Assembly: GCA_002269645.1 (NCBI GenBank)
Contig: NIVC01002005.1
Location: 124,001-188,000, forward strand
Direction: 5' to 3'
Source: Macrostomum lignano
Taxonomy: Eukaryota
DNA length: 64,000 nucleotides
A model generated the notes under the pieces. That model saw nothing but the letters and a program-made list of their open reading frames with translations, was not told the DNA's origin and searched no databases. A program made the translations under genes and the position numbers. Below, one piece after another: positions 13,838-26,974 of the stretch (position 1 is the stretch's first letter; every line of letters starts with the position of its first letter).

Positions 13838-16800
13838 TCTTAATTTCTCTTATCCTTCTCCCTCTCACCCTCCTATCCTTCTCCCTCTCACCCTCCTCCC
13901 TCTCACCCTCTCTCCCTCTCTCCCTCTCTCCCTCTCCTTCTCCCTCTCACCCTCTCTCCCTCTCCCTCTCTACCTCTCCCTCTCTACCTCTCCTCCTCTC
14001 AGCCTCTCCCCTCTCACCCTCCTCCCTCTCTCCCTCTCACCTCACCCCTCCCTCTCCCCTCTCTTCTCTCTCCCTCTCTCCCTAGTTCTCCCTCTCACCA
14101 TCCCATCTCCGATTTCTCATTTCTCATTCTCCTCACTCACTATCCCTGGACCATCCCCATCTTAAGCTATGCTACCCTTAAAAAATCTTTAAAAATCGAT
14201 ACGTTCGCTAGATTAGCAATCCACACCATAAATACTCAGCTTACTCCTCTTCCTCCCTTCGAGATTCGAAGCGATTCAACTCGGAGTAATATTCGTTTTA
14301 TCCGGTCATATCGCAACCCTCCTTCCTCCCCTCCCTCTCCCTCTGTGGCGATCGCTATTCCCCGGCTCCTCCCTGTAATTGACTTTGGCTACCGCAACTA
14401 GTGGCCAGCAACCCATTGGCACCGTTGGTAGCTCTGCTCGCTGGATTTTTTAGCTTCCAAGCTATAACTGTTTATAAATATAAGTTGTACGCACGCACAC
14501 ACACACCATACAAGCCTTGCTTGCTCTGTGCACCCAACCCCACCAACCTCGCCATACTCTGCCCTAAAATCAATTTTGTTCCATAAAAAGCCCAGTCCTC
14601 TATGCGGCTACCGTATCCTCCCCCTACGGTCCTTAATAACTCCCCAAGCTGCACCGGCACCCCCACAAGTAGACTCAAAAATATATGCCGCCTGCGAACT
14701 CGAAGAGGGGGGCGTTGCTACCGGATTGCCGCTAACAAAACTCGTTTCCAGGACTTCTTAGCCTTGACATATTTTAGTACCTCGTACGTGTGCACGCTGT
14801 TGCTAGGTAGCCACGGGGTTTGGGGTCATTTCGAAACGGTATGCATTCGTAGTCTCTCCTCTCTATCCTACCATCTCTATTCTCTCCTCTCTATCCTACC
14901 TACCATCTCTAGTCTCACCTGTCTACCCTACCATCTCTTGTCTCTCCTCTCTATCCTACTTACCATCTCTAGTCTCACCTGTCTACCCTACCATCTCTTG
15001 TCTCTCCTCTCTACCCTACCTACCATCTCTAGTCTCACCTGTCTACCCTACCACATCTAGTCTCTACTCTCTACCCTACCACCTCTAGTCTCTCCTCTCT
15101 ATCCTACCACCTCTAGTCTCACCTGTCTACCCTACCATCTCTAGTCTACTCTCTAATCTACCATCTCTAGTCTCTCCTCTCTACCCTACCATCTCTAGTA
15201 TCTCCTCTGTACCCTACCACATCTAGTCTCTCCTCTCTACCCTACCACCTCTAGTCTCTCCTCTATCCTACTATCTATAGTCTCTCCTCTCTACCCTACC
15301 ATCTCTAGTATCTCATCTCTATCCTACCATATCTAGTCTCTCCTCTCTAACCCCTCTCATTTCAAGTGCGCCAGTTTCTTCCCAAGTGCTTCTCTTCTCC
15401 CCCTTAAGTCTGCAACAGCGAGTAGAAAAAGTATTTTACCCCGTCTCCCACCCTCCCAAGAAAATTAGTAGCATTCTAAGTTTAGAAATCTGCTCTTCTC
15501 CCATCCCGGGCGAATCCTCCCATGCCGGAAGATGAATGATGTGGCCATCAGAATAGCAACTGGTTGGATTGGCTCAGCTTGAGCAAGGGAGAAGCATTCC
15601 CTCCTGATCTTCCTTTCCCCTTAGCTGTTTCTTCCCCAAGCCCATATTCTCCCAAAATGTTGGTATTGGACGCGGCGAGCTAAAGATGAGAGAGCATTTT
15701 TAAAACTAGTATAGTCATGCTAGCTGGACATGAGCACAATTAAGTAGGTATAAGCTAGGAATTCTGGAGTCGGAGCCTTCCTAGTGCCAAGTCCATGCTA
15801 AAATGTATGCATACATCTATATATATCTGTATATATAAAGTCAAACACTCTGCTCAAGAATAGTCTCTTAGAGTGTCGCTTGATTTGTTGCTATATATCA
15901 ATCAATAATTTGCAACAGCTATTTTTTTAGTATTTTATAATACTCCTAGGGTGCACATTTATGCAATTCTTTTAGTGATTCTAAATAATCTTACTGTCAC
16001 TCATTCATATGACTGAAAACTGGCGTCTTGAGTCCACATCGTGACCAGTAAACAGAACTCTACGACCAGTTAACAGAACTCTATGAGCAGAAAGCAGAAC
16101 TCTATGACCAGTAAACAGAACGCTATGACCAGTAAACAGAACGCTATGATCAGTAAACAAAACGCTATGATCAGTAAACAGAACTCTTTGATCAGTAAAC
16201 AGAACGCTATGATCAGTAAACAAAACGCTATGATCAGTAAACAGAACTCTTTGATCAGTAAACAGAACGCTATGATCAGTAAACAGAACGCTATGATCAG
16301 TAAACAGAACTCTATGATCAGTAAACAGAACTCTATGATCAGTAAAAAGAACTCTATGATCAGTAAACAGAACGCTATGATCAGTAAACAGAACTCTATG
16401 ACTAGAAACAGAACTCTATGACTAGAAACAGAACTCTATGACTAGAAACAGAACTCTATGACTAGAAACAGAACTCTATGATTTCGCATTGCAGATAAGA
16501 AATTAAAACGAACAGATAGCATGCTGAACTCTCTTCTTTCCATCTCCCCTCTACCCCTCTCCCTTCTCCTTCCCTCCCATCTCCCTTATCCCCTCTCTCC
16601 TTTCTCCTCTCTACCCCTTCCTCTCCATCTTGAGCTTCTTATCTTCCGCCATACTCCTCTTTCTACTTGCCCTCTCCTCTCCCTCCCCAATCTCCTAGTT
16701 ATTTATCGTCACCAATTTCTAACTTTTAAGACTCCAGTCTCTTTATTCTCATTTATACTCAAATTACGAGTTTGCTCTCCTCACCTCATCCTTGCCCCTC

Positions 16801-19800
16801 ACACCAGCGGCTTCCTGCCTCCAGCTTTCGCCACGCGAGAAGGCAAATGAAGCAATACGAGTATTAAGCAGGCAGATTTATGCCTGGCAGTTACAGAAGT
16901 TAATTTACAGTGAAATATAGCCCATTAAAGTACGAGTATTAATATAATGAGTCGCCTAAGTTTTTTTTCACCGATTCTTATCTGGGCCAGTCACGCGAAA
17001 GGATACAATTTGATTTATATATTTCTAATACTTTTCTTCAGCTAGCGATTGCTCTAGTTTTCCGTGCTTAAAAGTACAAGCAAGTCAAGAATAGGTACCG
17101 TTTTTCTCTAAGCTGTTTATTTAGAATTTGAAAATACGCACATTTACCCTAAGCGAGTGGTTTTAAACAAACCGGTTTTTCACTTCCTGTCAGCGAGATG
17201 AGGAAAATCTGCAGTAGCCGCGCCTTTCAGCAAAGTCTTTGACTAGAAAAGAAAGTTTAACAATTCACGTTGCGGGGCTGGATGACGTTCGGGGAAAGTT
17301 GAAGGGGCTGGTGTCGTCACAGCCATGGTTGTCTTTGACTTCTGCAAGTAGCATTCTTTGCTCTTGTCACTCTGTGCGTGAGTTGCCTTCTCACTCAATG
17401 ACAAATACTTTTCAATAAAGTTTGATACTTTCCTGTCACTCCCAAATTCATATTTTTTGTCAATCTAATTTGATACTTTCTTGTCACTCCAGTTGGATAC
17501 TTTCTTGTCACTCCAGTTGGATACTTTCTTTTCACTCCAGTTGGATAATTTCTTGTCACTCCAGTTGGATACTTTCTTGTCACTCCAGTTGGATACTTTC
17601 TTGTCACTCCAGTTGGATACTTTCTTGTCACTCCAGTTGGATACTTTCTTGTCACTCCAGTTGGATAATTTCTTGTCACTCCAGTTGGATACTTTCTTGC
17701 CACTCCAGTTGGATACTTTCTTGTCACTCCAGTTGGATAATTTCTTGTCACTCCAGTTGGATAATTTCTTGTCACTCCAGTTGGATACTTTCTTGTCACT
17801 CCAGTTGGATACTTTCTTGCCACTCCAGTTTGATAATTTATTGTCACTCCAGTTGGATACTTTCTTGTCACTCCAGTTGAATACTTTCTTGTCACTCCAG
17901 TTGGATACTTTTTTTCACTCCAGTTTGATAATTTCTTGTCACTCCAGTTGGATAATTTATTGTCACTCCAGTTTGATAATTTCTTGTCACTCCAGTTGGA
18001 TACTTTCTTGTCACTCCAGTTTGATAATTTCTTGTCACTCCAGTTGGATACTTTCTTGTCACTCCAGTTTGATAATTTCTTGTCACTCCAGTTGGATACT
18101 TTCTTGTCACTCCAGTTGGATAGTTTCTTGTCACTCCAGTTAGATAATTTCTTGTCACTCCAGTTGGATAATTTCTTGTCACTCCAGTTTGATAATTTCT
18201 TGTCACTCCAGTTGGATAATTTCTTGTCACTCCAGTTTGATAATTTCTTGTCACTCCAGTTGGATACTTTCTTGTCACTCCAGTTGGATACTTTCTTGTC
18301 ACTCCAGTTGGATACTTTTTTTCACTCCAGTTTGATAATTTCTTGTCACTCCAGTTGGATAATTTATTGTCACTCCAGTTTGATAATTTCTTGTCACTCC
18401 AGTTGGATACTTTCTTGTCACTCCAGTTTGATAATTTCTTGTCACTCCAGTTGGATACTTTCTTGTCACTCCAGTTTGATAATTTCTTGTCACTCCAGTT
18501 GGATACTTTCTTGTCACTCCAGTTGGATAGTTTCTTGTCACTCCAGTTAGATAATTTCTTGTCACTCCAGTTGGATAATTTATTGTCACTCCAGTTTGAT
18601 AATTTCTTGTCACTCCAGTTGGATACTTTCTTGTCACTCCAGTTTGATAATTTCTTGTCACTCCAGTTTGATAATTTCTTGTCACTCCAGTTGGATACTT
18701 TCTTGTCACTCCAGTTGGATACTTTCTTGTCACTCCAGTTTGATAATTTCTTGTCACTCCAGTTTGATAATTTCTTGTCACTCCAGTTGGATACTTTCTT
18801 GTCACTCCAGTTGGATACTTTCTTGTCACTCCAGCTTTCTCCTTGGCAAGCTTTGATATTTTCTGTCACTTCGGATTCCAAGAGTATCTCTTACTTTATT
18901 CTAATAAGAATACCCTTGTCACTATCTAGAATCGTCTTGGCACTTCAGTCTGAGATGGATGGGTGAATCCATCACAAAAAATATTATATTTACACTTAAA
19001 ACATTAAGCAGATTCTATCTAAGTGGCCACATAAATTCCCCCATTTTTCTGTCGTTTAAAATCCCAATAAAATCTGCCGCTTCCCCACCCCCTTGCAAAC
19101 TCAGGTGCGCAACGGCCACTGGGATTTCTCTGACCTTCTGTGCGACCTGTGGATCATGTGTGACGCATTGTTCAGCACCGCCTCCATTCTTAACCTGGTC
19201 GCCATCAGCATCGACAGGTGAGTGGTCGGGCCATTGCGTCTGATTTGTTTTTGTAGTTTTAGAAATCCTTAGGGTGAGATTTTGTAGTTTTATAAATCCT
19301 TAAGGTGAGATTTTGTAGTTTTCTAAATCATTAGGGTGAGATTTTGTAGTTTTGGAAATCCTTAAGGTGAGATTTTGTAGTTTTCTAAATCATTAGGGTG
19401 AGATTTTGTAGTTTTGGAAATCCTTAGGGTGAGATTTTGTAGTTTTCTAAATCCTTAGGGTGGGATTTTGTAGTTTTAAAAGTCCTTAGGGTGAGTAGTT
19501 TTATAAACCATTAGGGTGAGGTTTTGTAGGTTTCTAAATGCTCAGGGTGAGATTTTGTCTTAAAATGAGATTCCTCCTGTGATGAGATTATATTGTACTT
19601 GTAGTTTTCGTTTCTTTATCCGGACTGCAAAATTGTGATTTGTTTTACTTTTCCAAGAATACCGGAATGATTTTGTTGTGCCGTCCCGTCTAGCAATTTA
19701 CAAGCTTCATTTTTCCCATTGAATTCCCACAGTCCCGCATTCATGATTGACTTCCTCTCAGAAGGGAATCATTTCTGAAAACAATAAATATTAAATTTCA

Positions 19801-22800
19801 TGTCGTCAAAACATTCTAAATAATCCTATGGGTCGGTGACCTGGTTTCCCTCTCGGGGTCTCTTTTAGAATTTTCCCCTTCGACCGGATTCTAAAAAGCT
19901 GCGCACTGAAAGAAATCGCCTTCTAACTTTTTTATTTTGCTTTTCTAAAGTTACTTTTTTATTCCCTCAAGAGTCGAGGCGCCTCTCGATCTGCGGGTCC
20001 ATAGTCTGCTTTCCAGAACTCTCTCCCCCCTTATCCCACTCTCCTTTCCCGTTAATTTGGCATTCATGAGATACTGGAGGCCATCCATTCCCCCCGAAAC
20101 TCTTCGAAATCGAATATTCCTGGGATCTTGTCGCTTCTTAGAAGCCGAACTTCCTTGGCAGTTTGTTTTAACTGTCCGGGTCAATTATCTGTCAACGAAT
20201 ATTTGTGCCTGTGTTTTTTTTTTAAAGTTTTCAAAAAAGACACAATCTCAAATCTGAATATGATTTGTTATGAGATTCGGATTAGCAGAAATCCCAGTTG
20301 CTATGGGCATCTCTCTGGGGAACTCGCTGCAGTTCCCGCTCTGCACTGGGGTGATGGGGTGGCAGCTGCCGAAACTCAATCAACTCGAGCTTGCATCATC
20401 CCGTTGCTAGCCAGATATAATGAGAAAAAAATAATTTTTTCTTATAATTAAAGTCGACAGACAGAATACTGCTGAAGGGTCCTAATCCACTGCGTTGAAA
20501 AGTTTTACTGTCTCAAAAAATTGAATGTTTTTTTAATAACGAGAATTCTACCGCTTTCAACTGTCTACCGGTAGAGTTGCTATAGCCATGGACAAGAACT
20601 CAGGCATCAAGGTGCGACAGCTGAGCAATTGTTGGCACCTAGTGTCGTGGGGGCCCGAAGCACTACTCAACTTACTTTTATTGATAAGAAGAGATTAAAA
20701 TGCCCCAAATCATTCTTTTTTTAATGAGCCTGAGTCATTGTTCACTGGGAATCGATTCATTGTGGGGGTGCGTCTTTGGCGTGGCGCCAGCACCAGGGGC
20801 GCCAGCACCAGGGGCGCCAGCACCAGGGGCGCCAGCACCAGGGGCGCCAGCACCAGGGGCGCCAGCACCAGGGGCGCCAGCACCAGGGGCGCCAGCACCA
20901 GGGGCGCCAGCACCAGGGGCGCCAGCACCAGGGGCGCCAGCACCAGGGGCGCCAGCACCAGGGGCGCCAGCACCAGGGGCGCCAGCACCAGGGGCGCCAG
21001 CGCTAGGAGCGCCAGCACCAGGGGCGCCAGCACCAGGGGCGGGATTTCGCACTCTAGACGGGGCCCAGACAAACTTTTGATGTGAAACTTGAACTTTCTA
21101 CTCCCACATACTTTGGAGTCGCGAAATTATCAATCCAATTGTTGCTGGGGTGCTTGCCACTGGTGAGCCAGCTATTTTAAACTTATTTATTCGGGGAGAT
21201 GTTCTTTTACGCACCAGCTAGCAACTTTGCCTGCTCAGTAAAGGTCAGTATCGGTGCAATGCTAACTTGAGTTGATATTTTGTGTTTCATTGTATAAATT
21301 TATTCTTTCTGTATTTTTTTCACACATCTCTGAGAGTTAATACACTTTTCGTCAATAATTCTTTAAGACATTCCAAAGTTCTCCGGAAGACAACTTTCTG
21401 TCTTTCTCTAATCACAATAACTAATCCCATACTCGATATTGCAGTCCATTATCTAAGACAGTCCCATAATCTTTCCCTAAGACAGTCCCCTAATGCTTCC
21501 CTAAGACAGTCCCCTAATAAGACAGTCCCCTAATGCTTCCCTAAGACAGTCCCCTAATGCTTCCCTAAGACAGTCCCCTAATGCTTCCCTAAGACAGTCC
21601 CCTAATGCTTCCCTAAGACAGTCCCCTAATGCTTCCCTAAGACAGTCCCCTAATGCTTCCCTAAGACAGTTCCCTAATGCTTCCCTAAGACAGTCCCCAA
21701 TCTTTCCCTAAGACAGTTCCCTAATGCTTCCCTAAGACAGTCCCCTAATGCTTCCCTAGGACAGTCCCCTAATGCTTCCCTAAGACAGTCCCCTAATGCT
21801 TCCCTAAGACAGTCCCCTAATGCTTCCCTAAGACAGTCCTTTAATGCTTCCCTAAGACAGTTCCCTAATGCTTCCCTAAGACAGTCCCCTAATGCTTCCC
21901 TTAGACAGTCCCCTAATGCTTCCCTAAGAAAGTCCCCTAATGCTTCCCTAAGACAGTCCCCTAATTCTTTCCTAAGACAGTCCCCTAATGCTTCCCTAAG
22001 ACAGTCCCCTAATGCTTTCCTAAGACAGTCCCCTAATGCTTCCCAAAGACAGTTCACTAATGCTTCCCTAAGACAGTTCCCTAATGCTTCCCTAAGACAG
22101 TTCCCTAATGCTTCTCTAAGACAGTTCCCTAATGCTTCCCTAAGACAGTTCACTAATGCTTCCCTGAGACAGTTCCCTAATGCTTCCCTAAGACAGTTCC
22201 CTAATGCTTCCCTAAGACAGTTCCCTAATGCTTTCCTTAGACAGTTTCTAATGCTTCCCTAAGACAATTCCTAATGCTTCCCTAAGACAGTTCCTAATGC
22301 TTCCCTAAGACAGTTCCCTAATGCTTCCCTAAGACAGTTCCCTAATGCTTCCCTAAGACAGTTCACTAATGCTTCCCTAAGACAGTTCCCTAATGCTTCC
22401 CTAAGACAGTTCCCTAATGCTTCCCTAAGACAGTTCCCTAATGCTTCCCTAAGACAGTTCCCTAATGCTTTCCTTAGACAGTTTCTAATGCTTCCCTAAG
22501 ACAATTCCTAATGCTTCCCTAAGACAGTTCCTAATGCTTCCCTAAGACAGTCCCCTAATGATTCCCTAAGACAGTTCCTAATGCTTCCCTAAGACAGTCC
22601 CCTAATGCTTTCCTAAGACAGTCCCCTAATGCTTCCCTAAGACAGTCCCCTAATGATTCCCTAAGACAGTTCCCTAATGCTTCCCTAAGACAGTTCCCTA
22701 ATGCTTCCCTAAGACAGTTCCCTAATGCTTCCCTAAGACAGTTCACTAATGCTTCCCTAAGACAGTTCCCTAATGCTTCCCTAAGACAGTTCACTAATGC

Positions 22801-24842
22801 TTTCCTAAGACAGTCCCCTAATGCTTCCCTAAGACAGTCCCCTAATGCTTCCCTAAGACAGTTCACTAATGCTTCCCTAAGACAGTTCCCTAATGCTTCC
22901 CTAAGACAGTTCCCTAATGCTTCCCTAAGACAGTTCCCTAATGCTTTCCTTAGACAGTTTCTAATGCTTCCCTAAGACAATTCCTAATGCTTCCCTAAGA
23001 CAGTTCCTAATGCTTCCCTAAGACAGTTCCCTAATGCTTCCCTAAGACAGTCCCTAATCCCAACAACAGTCGGCCTCCAACCCTCCCAAACCCGCAGGTT
23101 CATCGCGGTCACCCAGCCCATTAAGTACGCCAAGCACAGGAACTCCAAGCGAGCTCACGTGACCATCGCGGCCACCTGGCTGCTCTCTATCGGCATCGCC
23201 CTGCCGATCGGCTGCGGCCTGCAGAATCTGCAGGGCCTCCGCTATCACGAGAAGTTCCGTCACGTTTGCACATTTTTCAATGGCGATTTTCTGATCTACT
23301 CCAGCCTGGGCAGCTTCTACATCCCCTGCCTGGTGATGCTGGTGCTGTACTACCGCATCTTCACCGTGATCCGCAGTCGGGCTAAGAAAGTCAGCAAAGC
23401 CAACGACAAGAAGCTTCGGACTCTGTCTAACCAGCAGCAGCAGCAACCGAAAGAATGTGTCAACAATGCCAAGTCTAAAAAAATTCAAAGACCCCAGACT
23501 CTTGCCGCTCCATCAATGGCGAATGCGGCTGGCGACTGCGCCGCTTGTCAGGTGGACGGAATTTACACCGGCGAGGAGGCTGCCCCGCACACCTGCCGGC
23601 TGCCGAGCATCGACTCGCCGCAGCTGCTCACGGAGAGCCAGACCCTGGCCGGCCCGTCCAACTCCGACAACAGCGGACCTCAGAGCGGCGACAGCGGCGG
23701 CGGAGGCGGAACCAGCAACAACAAGAAGCAGCAGCCGAATCATCAGAAGCAGCAGAAGAAGCAGCCGCTGTTTCAGCAGCTCAAGTTGCGCAAGAAACCG
23801 ACAGGCAGCAGCAAGGCGGAGAGGTCGGCCGCCAAAAGGGAGAAGAAGGCCACCAAGACTTTGGCGATTGTGCTGGGTGAGCTGGGGAGGGGTGGGTCGA
23901 GTCTTACCTAATCACCGGCTGTCATAGGTGCTTTCAAGACCTGTTTTCACCCATGACTCTCATGTCCTGACCGTCTCATCCTCACTGCCGACTGTGAGAA
24001 TGTATTTTAACCATTTATTGTGACATCACCTGACCCCTCTGACCCTCCTGACCACCCTGACCCCTTTGACCCCTCTGACCCTCGTGACCACAATGACCCC
24101 TCTGACCCTCGTGACCACAATGACCCCTCTGACCCTCCTGACCACCCTGACCCCTTTGACCCCTCTGACCCTCGTGACCACAATGACCCCTCTGACCCTC
24201 CTGACCACAATGACCCCTCTGACCCTCCTGACCACAATGACCCTTTTTACGCGTCTGAGTCTCCTGACCACCCTGACTCCTATGAACCCTCTGACCCCTA
24301 TGACCCCTGTGATTCCTCTGAGCCTTATGACCACTATGACCCCTTTGACCCCTCTGACCCTTCTGACTACCCTGACCCCTTTGAACCCTTTAACCCCTTT
24401 GACACTGAAGCGACTTCTGCCCTCCTTCCGTTCACTAGCCTTCTCTCTCACCCTCTCTTCACTCTGATTGGTCCTCACCTCGTCCCTCCTCAGCCTCCCG
24501 TTCTCACTCCACCCTCCTTTTATTATTCTGGACTCAACCCCCTTAAGTTGATGTCTTTACCAGACACCTCTGACCCCATGACCCCTCTGACCCCTTTGAC
24601 CCCCCGCAGGAGTTTTTCTACTATGCTGGCTTCCATTCTTCATCACCAACCTGATGTGGGCCGCCTGCTTAAAGAATTTCGACCATCAGGAGTCGCTGGG
24701 CATCATCTGCCAATACGACAGGCGCATCAACGTGTTCATAGTGTGGCTGGGCTACGTGAACAGCTTCCTTAATCCGGTAATTTACACCATATTCAATAAC
24801 GAATTTCGAAAAGCTTTCAAGAAGCTGCTGCACATTCAGTGA
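12146..24842 (+). CDS. DRD2: D2-like dopamine receptor (class A GPCR), 532 aa
   Basis: Exons 12146-12619, 19105-19217, 23098-23876 and 24610-24842 (1599 nt). Motifs: TM1 GNILV; TM2 [13 protein letters not shown]; TM3 amine-binding Asp in [21 protein letters not shown]; TM5 [10 protein letters not shown]; long third intracellular loop; [25 protein letters not shown]; TM7 [14 protein letters not shown]; short tail [10 protein letters not shown]. The symbol denotes the family; exact orthology was not tested. Confidence 0.9.
12675..13265. repeat. ~21-24-bp minisatellite in receptor intron 1
   Basis: Units AGCCCTGACACTT(T)GGGTTTT and AGTCCTGACACTTTCCGGTGTTT. Confidence 0.93.
13700..14100. repeat. 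(CT)n / CTCTCC low-complexity tract
   Basis: Directly visible. Confidence 0.9.
14850..15355. repeat. ~27-30-bp minisatellite
   Basis: Unit CTACCCTACCATCTCTAGTCTCTCCTCT. Confidence 0.9.
16040..16480. repeat. 21-bp minisatellite
   Basis: Unit CAGTAAACAGAAC(T/G)CTATGAT. Confidence 0.95.
17470..18835. repeat. 24-bp minisatellite
   Basis: Unit TTTCTTGTCACTCCAGTT(G/T)GATA(C/A). Confidence 0.97.
19245..19560. repeat. ~31-bp minisatellite containing TTAGGG
   Basis: Unit CCTTAGGGTGAGATTTTGTAGTTTTCTAAAT, starting ~30 nt after the exon 2 donor. Confidence 0.9.
20785..21040. repeat. 15-bp GC-rich minisatellite
   Basis: Unit GGCGCCAGCACCAGG, about 17 nearly identical copies. Confidence 0.97.
21450..23056. 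repeat. 24-bp minisatellite with two CCCTAA per unit
   Basis: Unit CCCTAATGCTTCCCTAAGACAGT(C/T), ending ~40 nt before the exon 3 acceptor. Confidence 0.97.
24030..24600. repeat. 9-bp-based degenerate minisatellite in receptor intron 3
   Basis: TGACCCCTC/TGACCACAA units at 24030-24400 and again at 24570-24600, abutting the acceptor. Confidence 0.88.
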
Positions 24843-24994
24843 CTGCCCGTGAGGGGCGACACCCGACATGACTTGAACAGCATCAGCCATGGAGGTATTG
24901 TAGTATATATTTTAGTGTACTTTATACTGCTGTTATGCACCTTTATACAATACCAAATTGTACCTTACAGTGAGCATATCCGCCTATGTTATTA

Positions 24995-25000
24995 AATAAA
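24995..25000 (+). promoter_or_regulatory. Putative polyadenylation signal of the dopamine receptor gene
   Basis: AATAAA ~150 nt after the stop codon, ~20 nt before the next array starts. Confidence 0.4.
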
Positions 25001-25019
25001 TCAATATTTGGTCTCATTC

Positions 25020-26550
25020 TGACTGTCTCACCCCCTGACTGTCTCACCCCCTGACTACCTCACCCCCTGACTATCTCACCCCCTGACTGTCTCACCCCCT
25101 GACTGTCTCACCCCCTGACTATCTCACCCCTGACTGTCTCACCCCCTGACTGTCTCACCCACTGACTATCTCACCCCCTGACTGTCTCACCCCCTGACTA
25201 TCTCACCCCCTGACTATCTCACCCCCTGACTATCTCACCCCCTGACAGTCTTACCCCCTGACTGTCTCACCCCCTGACTGTCTCACCCCCTGAATGTCTC
25301 ACCCCCTGACTGTCTCACCCCCTGACTGTCTCACCCCCTGACTGTCTCACCCCCTGACTGTCTCACCCCCTGACTGTCTCACCCTGACTATCTCACCCCC
25401 TGACTGTCTCACCCCCTGACTGTCTTACCCCTGACTGTCTCACCCCCTGACTGTCTTACCCCTGACTATCTCACCCCCTGACCGTCTCACCCCTGACTGT
25501 CTCACCCCCTGACTGTCTCACCTCCTGACTGTCTTACCCCCTGAATGTCTCACCCCCTGACCGTCTCACCCCCTGACTATCTCACCCCGTGACTGTCTAA
25601 CCCCATGACTGTCTCACCACCTGACTGTCTCACCCCCTGACTGTTTCACCCCCTGACTGTCTCACCCCCTGACTATCTCACCCCCTGAATGTCTCACCCC
25701 CTGAATGTCTCACCCCCTGAATGTCTCACCCCCTGACTGTCTCACCCCCTGACTGTCTCACCCCCTGACTGTCTCACCCCCTGACTGTCTCACCCCGTGG
25801 CTGTCTAACCCCATGACTGTCTCACCACCTGACTGTCTCACCCCCTGACTGTTTCACCCCCTGACTGTCTCACCCCCTGACTATCTCACCCCCTGACTAT
25901 CTCACCCCCTGACTATCTCACCCCTGACTGTCTTACCCCTGACTGTCTCACCCCCTGACTGTCTTACCCCTGACTGTCTCACCCCCTGACTATCTCACCC
26001 CTGACTATCTCACCCCCTGACTGTCTCACCCCCTGACTGTCTCACTCCCTGACTGTCTTACCCCCTGACTGTCTCACTCCCTGACTGTCTCACCCCCTGA
26101 CTGTCTCACCCCCTGACTTTCTTACCCCTGACTATCTCACCCCCTGACTGTCTCACCCCCTGACTATCTCACCCCCTGACCGTCTCACCCCCTGACTGTC
26201 TCACCCCCTGACTGTCTCACCCCCTGACTGTCTCACTCCCTGACTATCTCACCCCCTGACTGTCTCACCCCCTGACTATCTCACCCCCTGAATGTCTCAC
26301 CCCCTGAATGTCTCAACCCCTGAATGTCTCAACCCCTGGATGTCTCAACCCCTGGATGTCTCACCCCCTGAATGTCTCAACCCCTGAATGTCTCAACCCC
26401 TGGATGTCTCAACCCCTGACTGTCTCACCCCCTGAATGCCTCACCCCCTGAATGTCTCAACCCCTGAATGTCTCAACCCCTGGATGTCTCACCCCCTGAA
26501 TGCCTAACCCCCTGAATGCCTCACCCCCTGACTGTCTCACCACCTGACCG
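25020..26550. repeat. 16-bp minisatellite
   Basis: Unit CCCCCTGACTGTCTCA. Confidence 0.97.
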
Positions 26551-26974
26551 TCTTGTACTCTATACCGTTATGCATCTTTATTGAATTCGCAGATTAATGA
26601 GCATATCTATCTAAGATAAGAAATATTAGTTTAAAAAATCTCCTGATTTTTCCCATATTTATGCAAAGCCTACAAGCTGTGTAAATATTATTATTATTAG
26701 CTGCATGAATTATTGTTATTGATAATCCATAAATGGAAACCCAATGCAATATTTTGTTATTGTTTTGCTTCTAAAATAATCAACTTTACATAATACATGT
26801 TTTGTTTGTTCCGATGTCAAACAGCAAGGTTATATATTGATATAATGTAACTAATTGTAATTGGCTTTGCTTCAGCACCGATTTATGATTGCAAATTTTT
26901 ATGATTTCAGTAGCGTCTTAGCCACATGTTTGTGACAGTCTTTTTCTTTTGAATTTTCTAGAGCAGCAAAGCTC

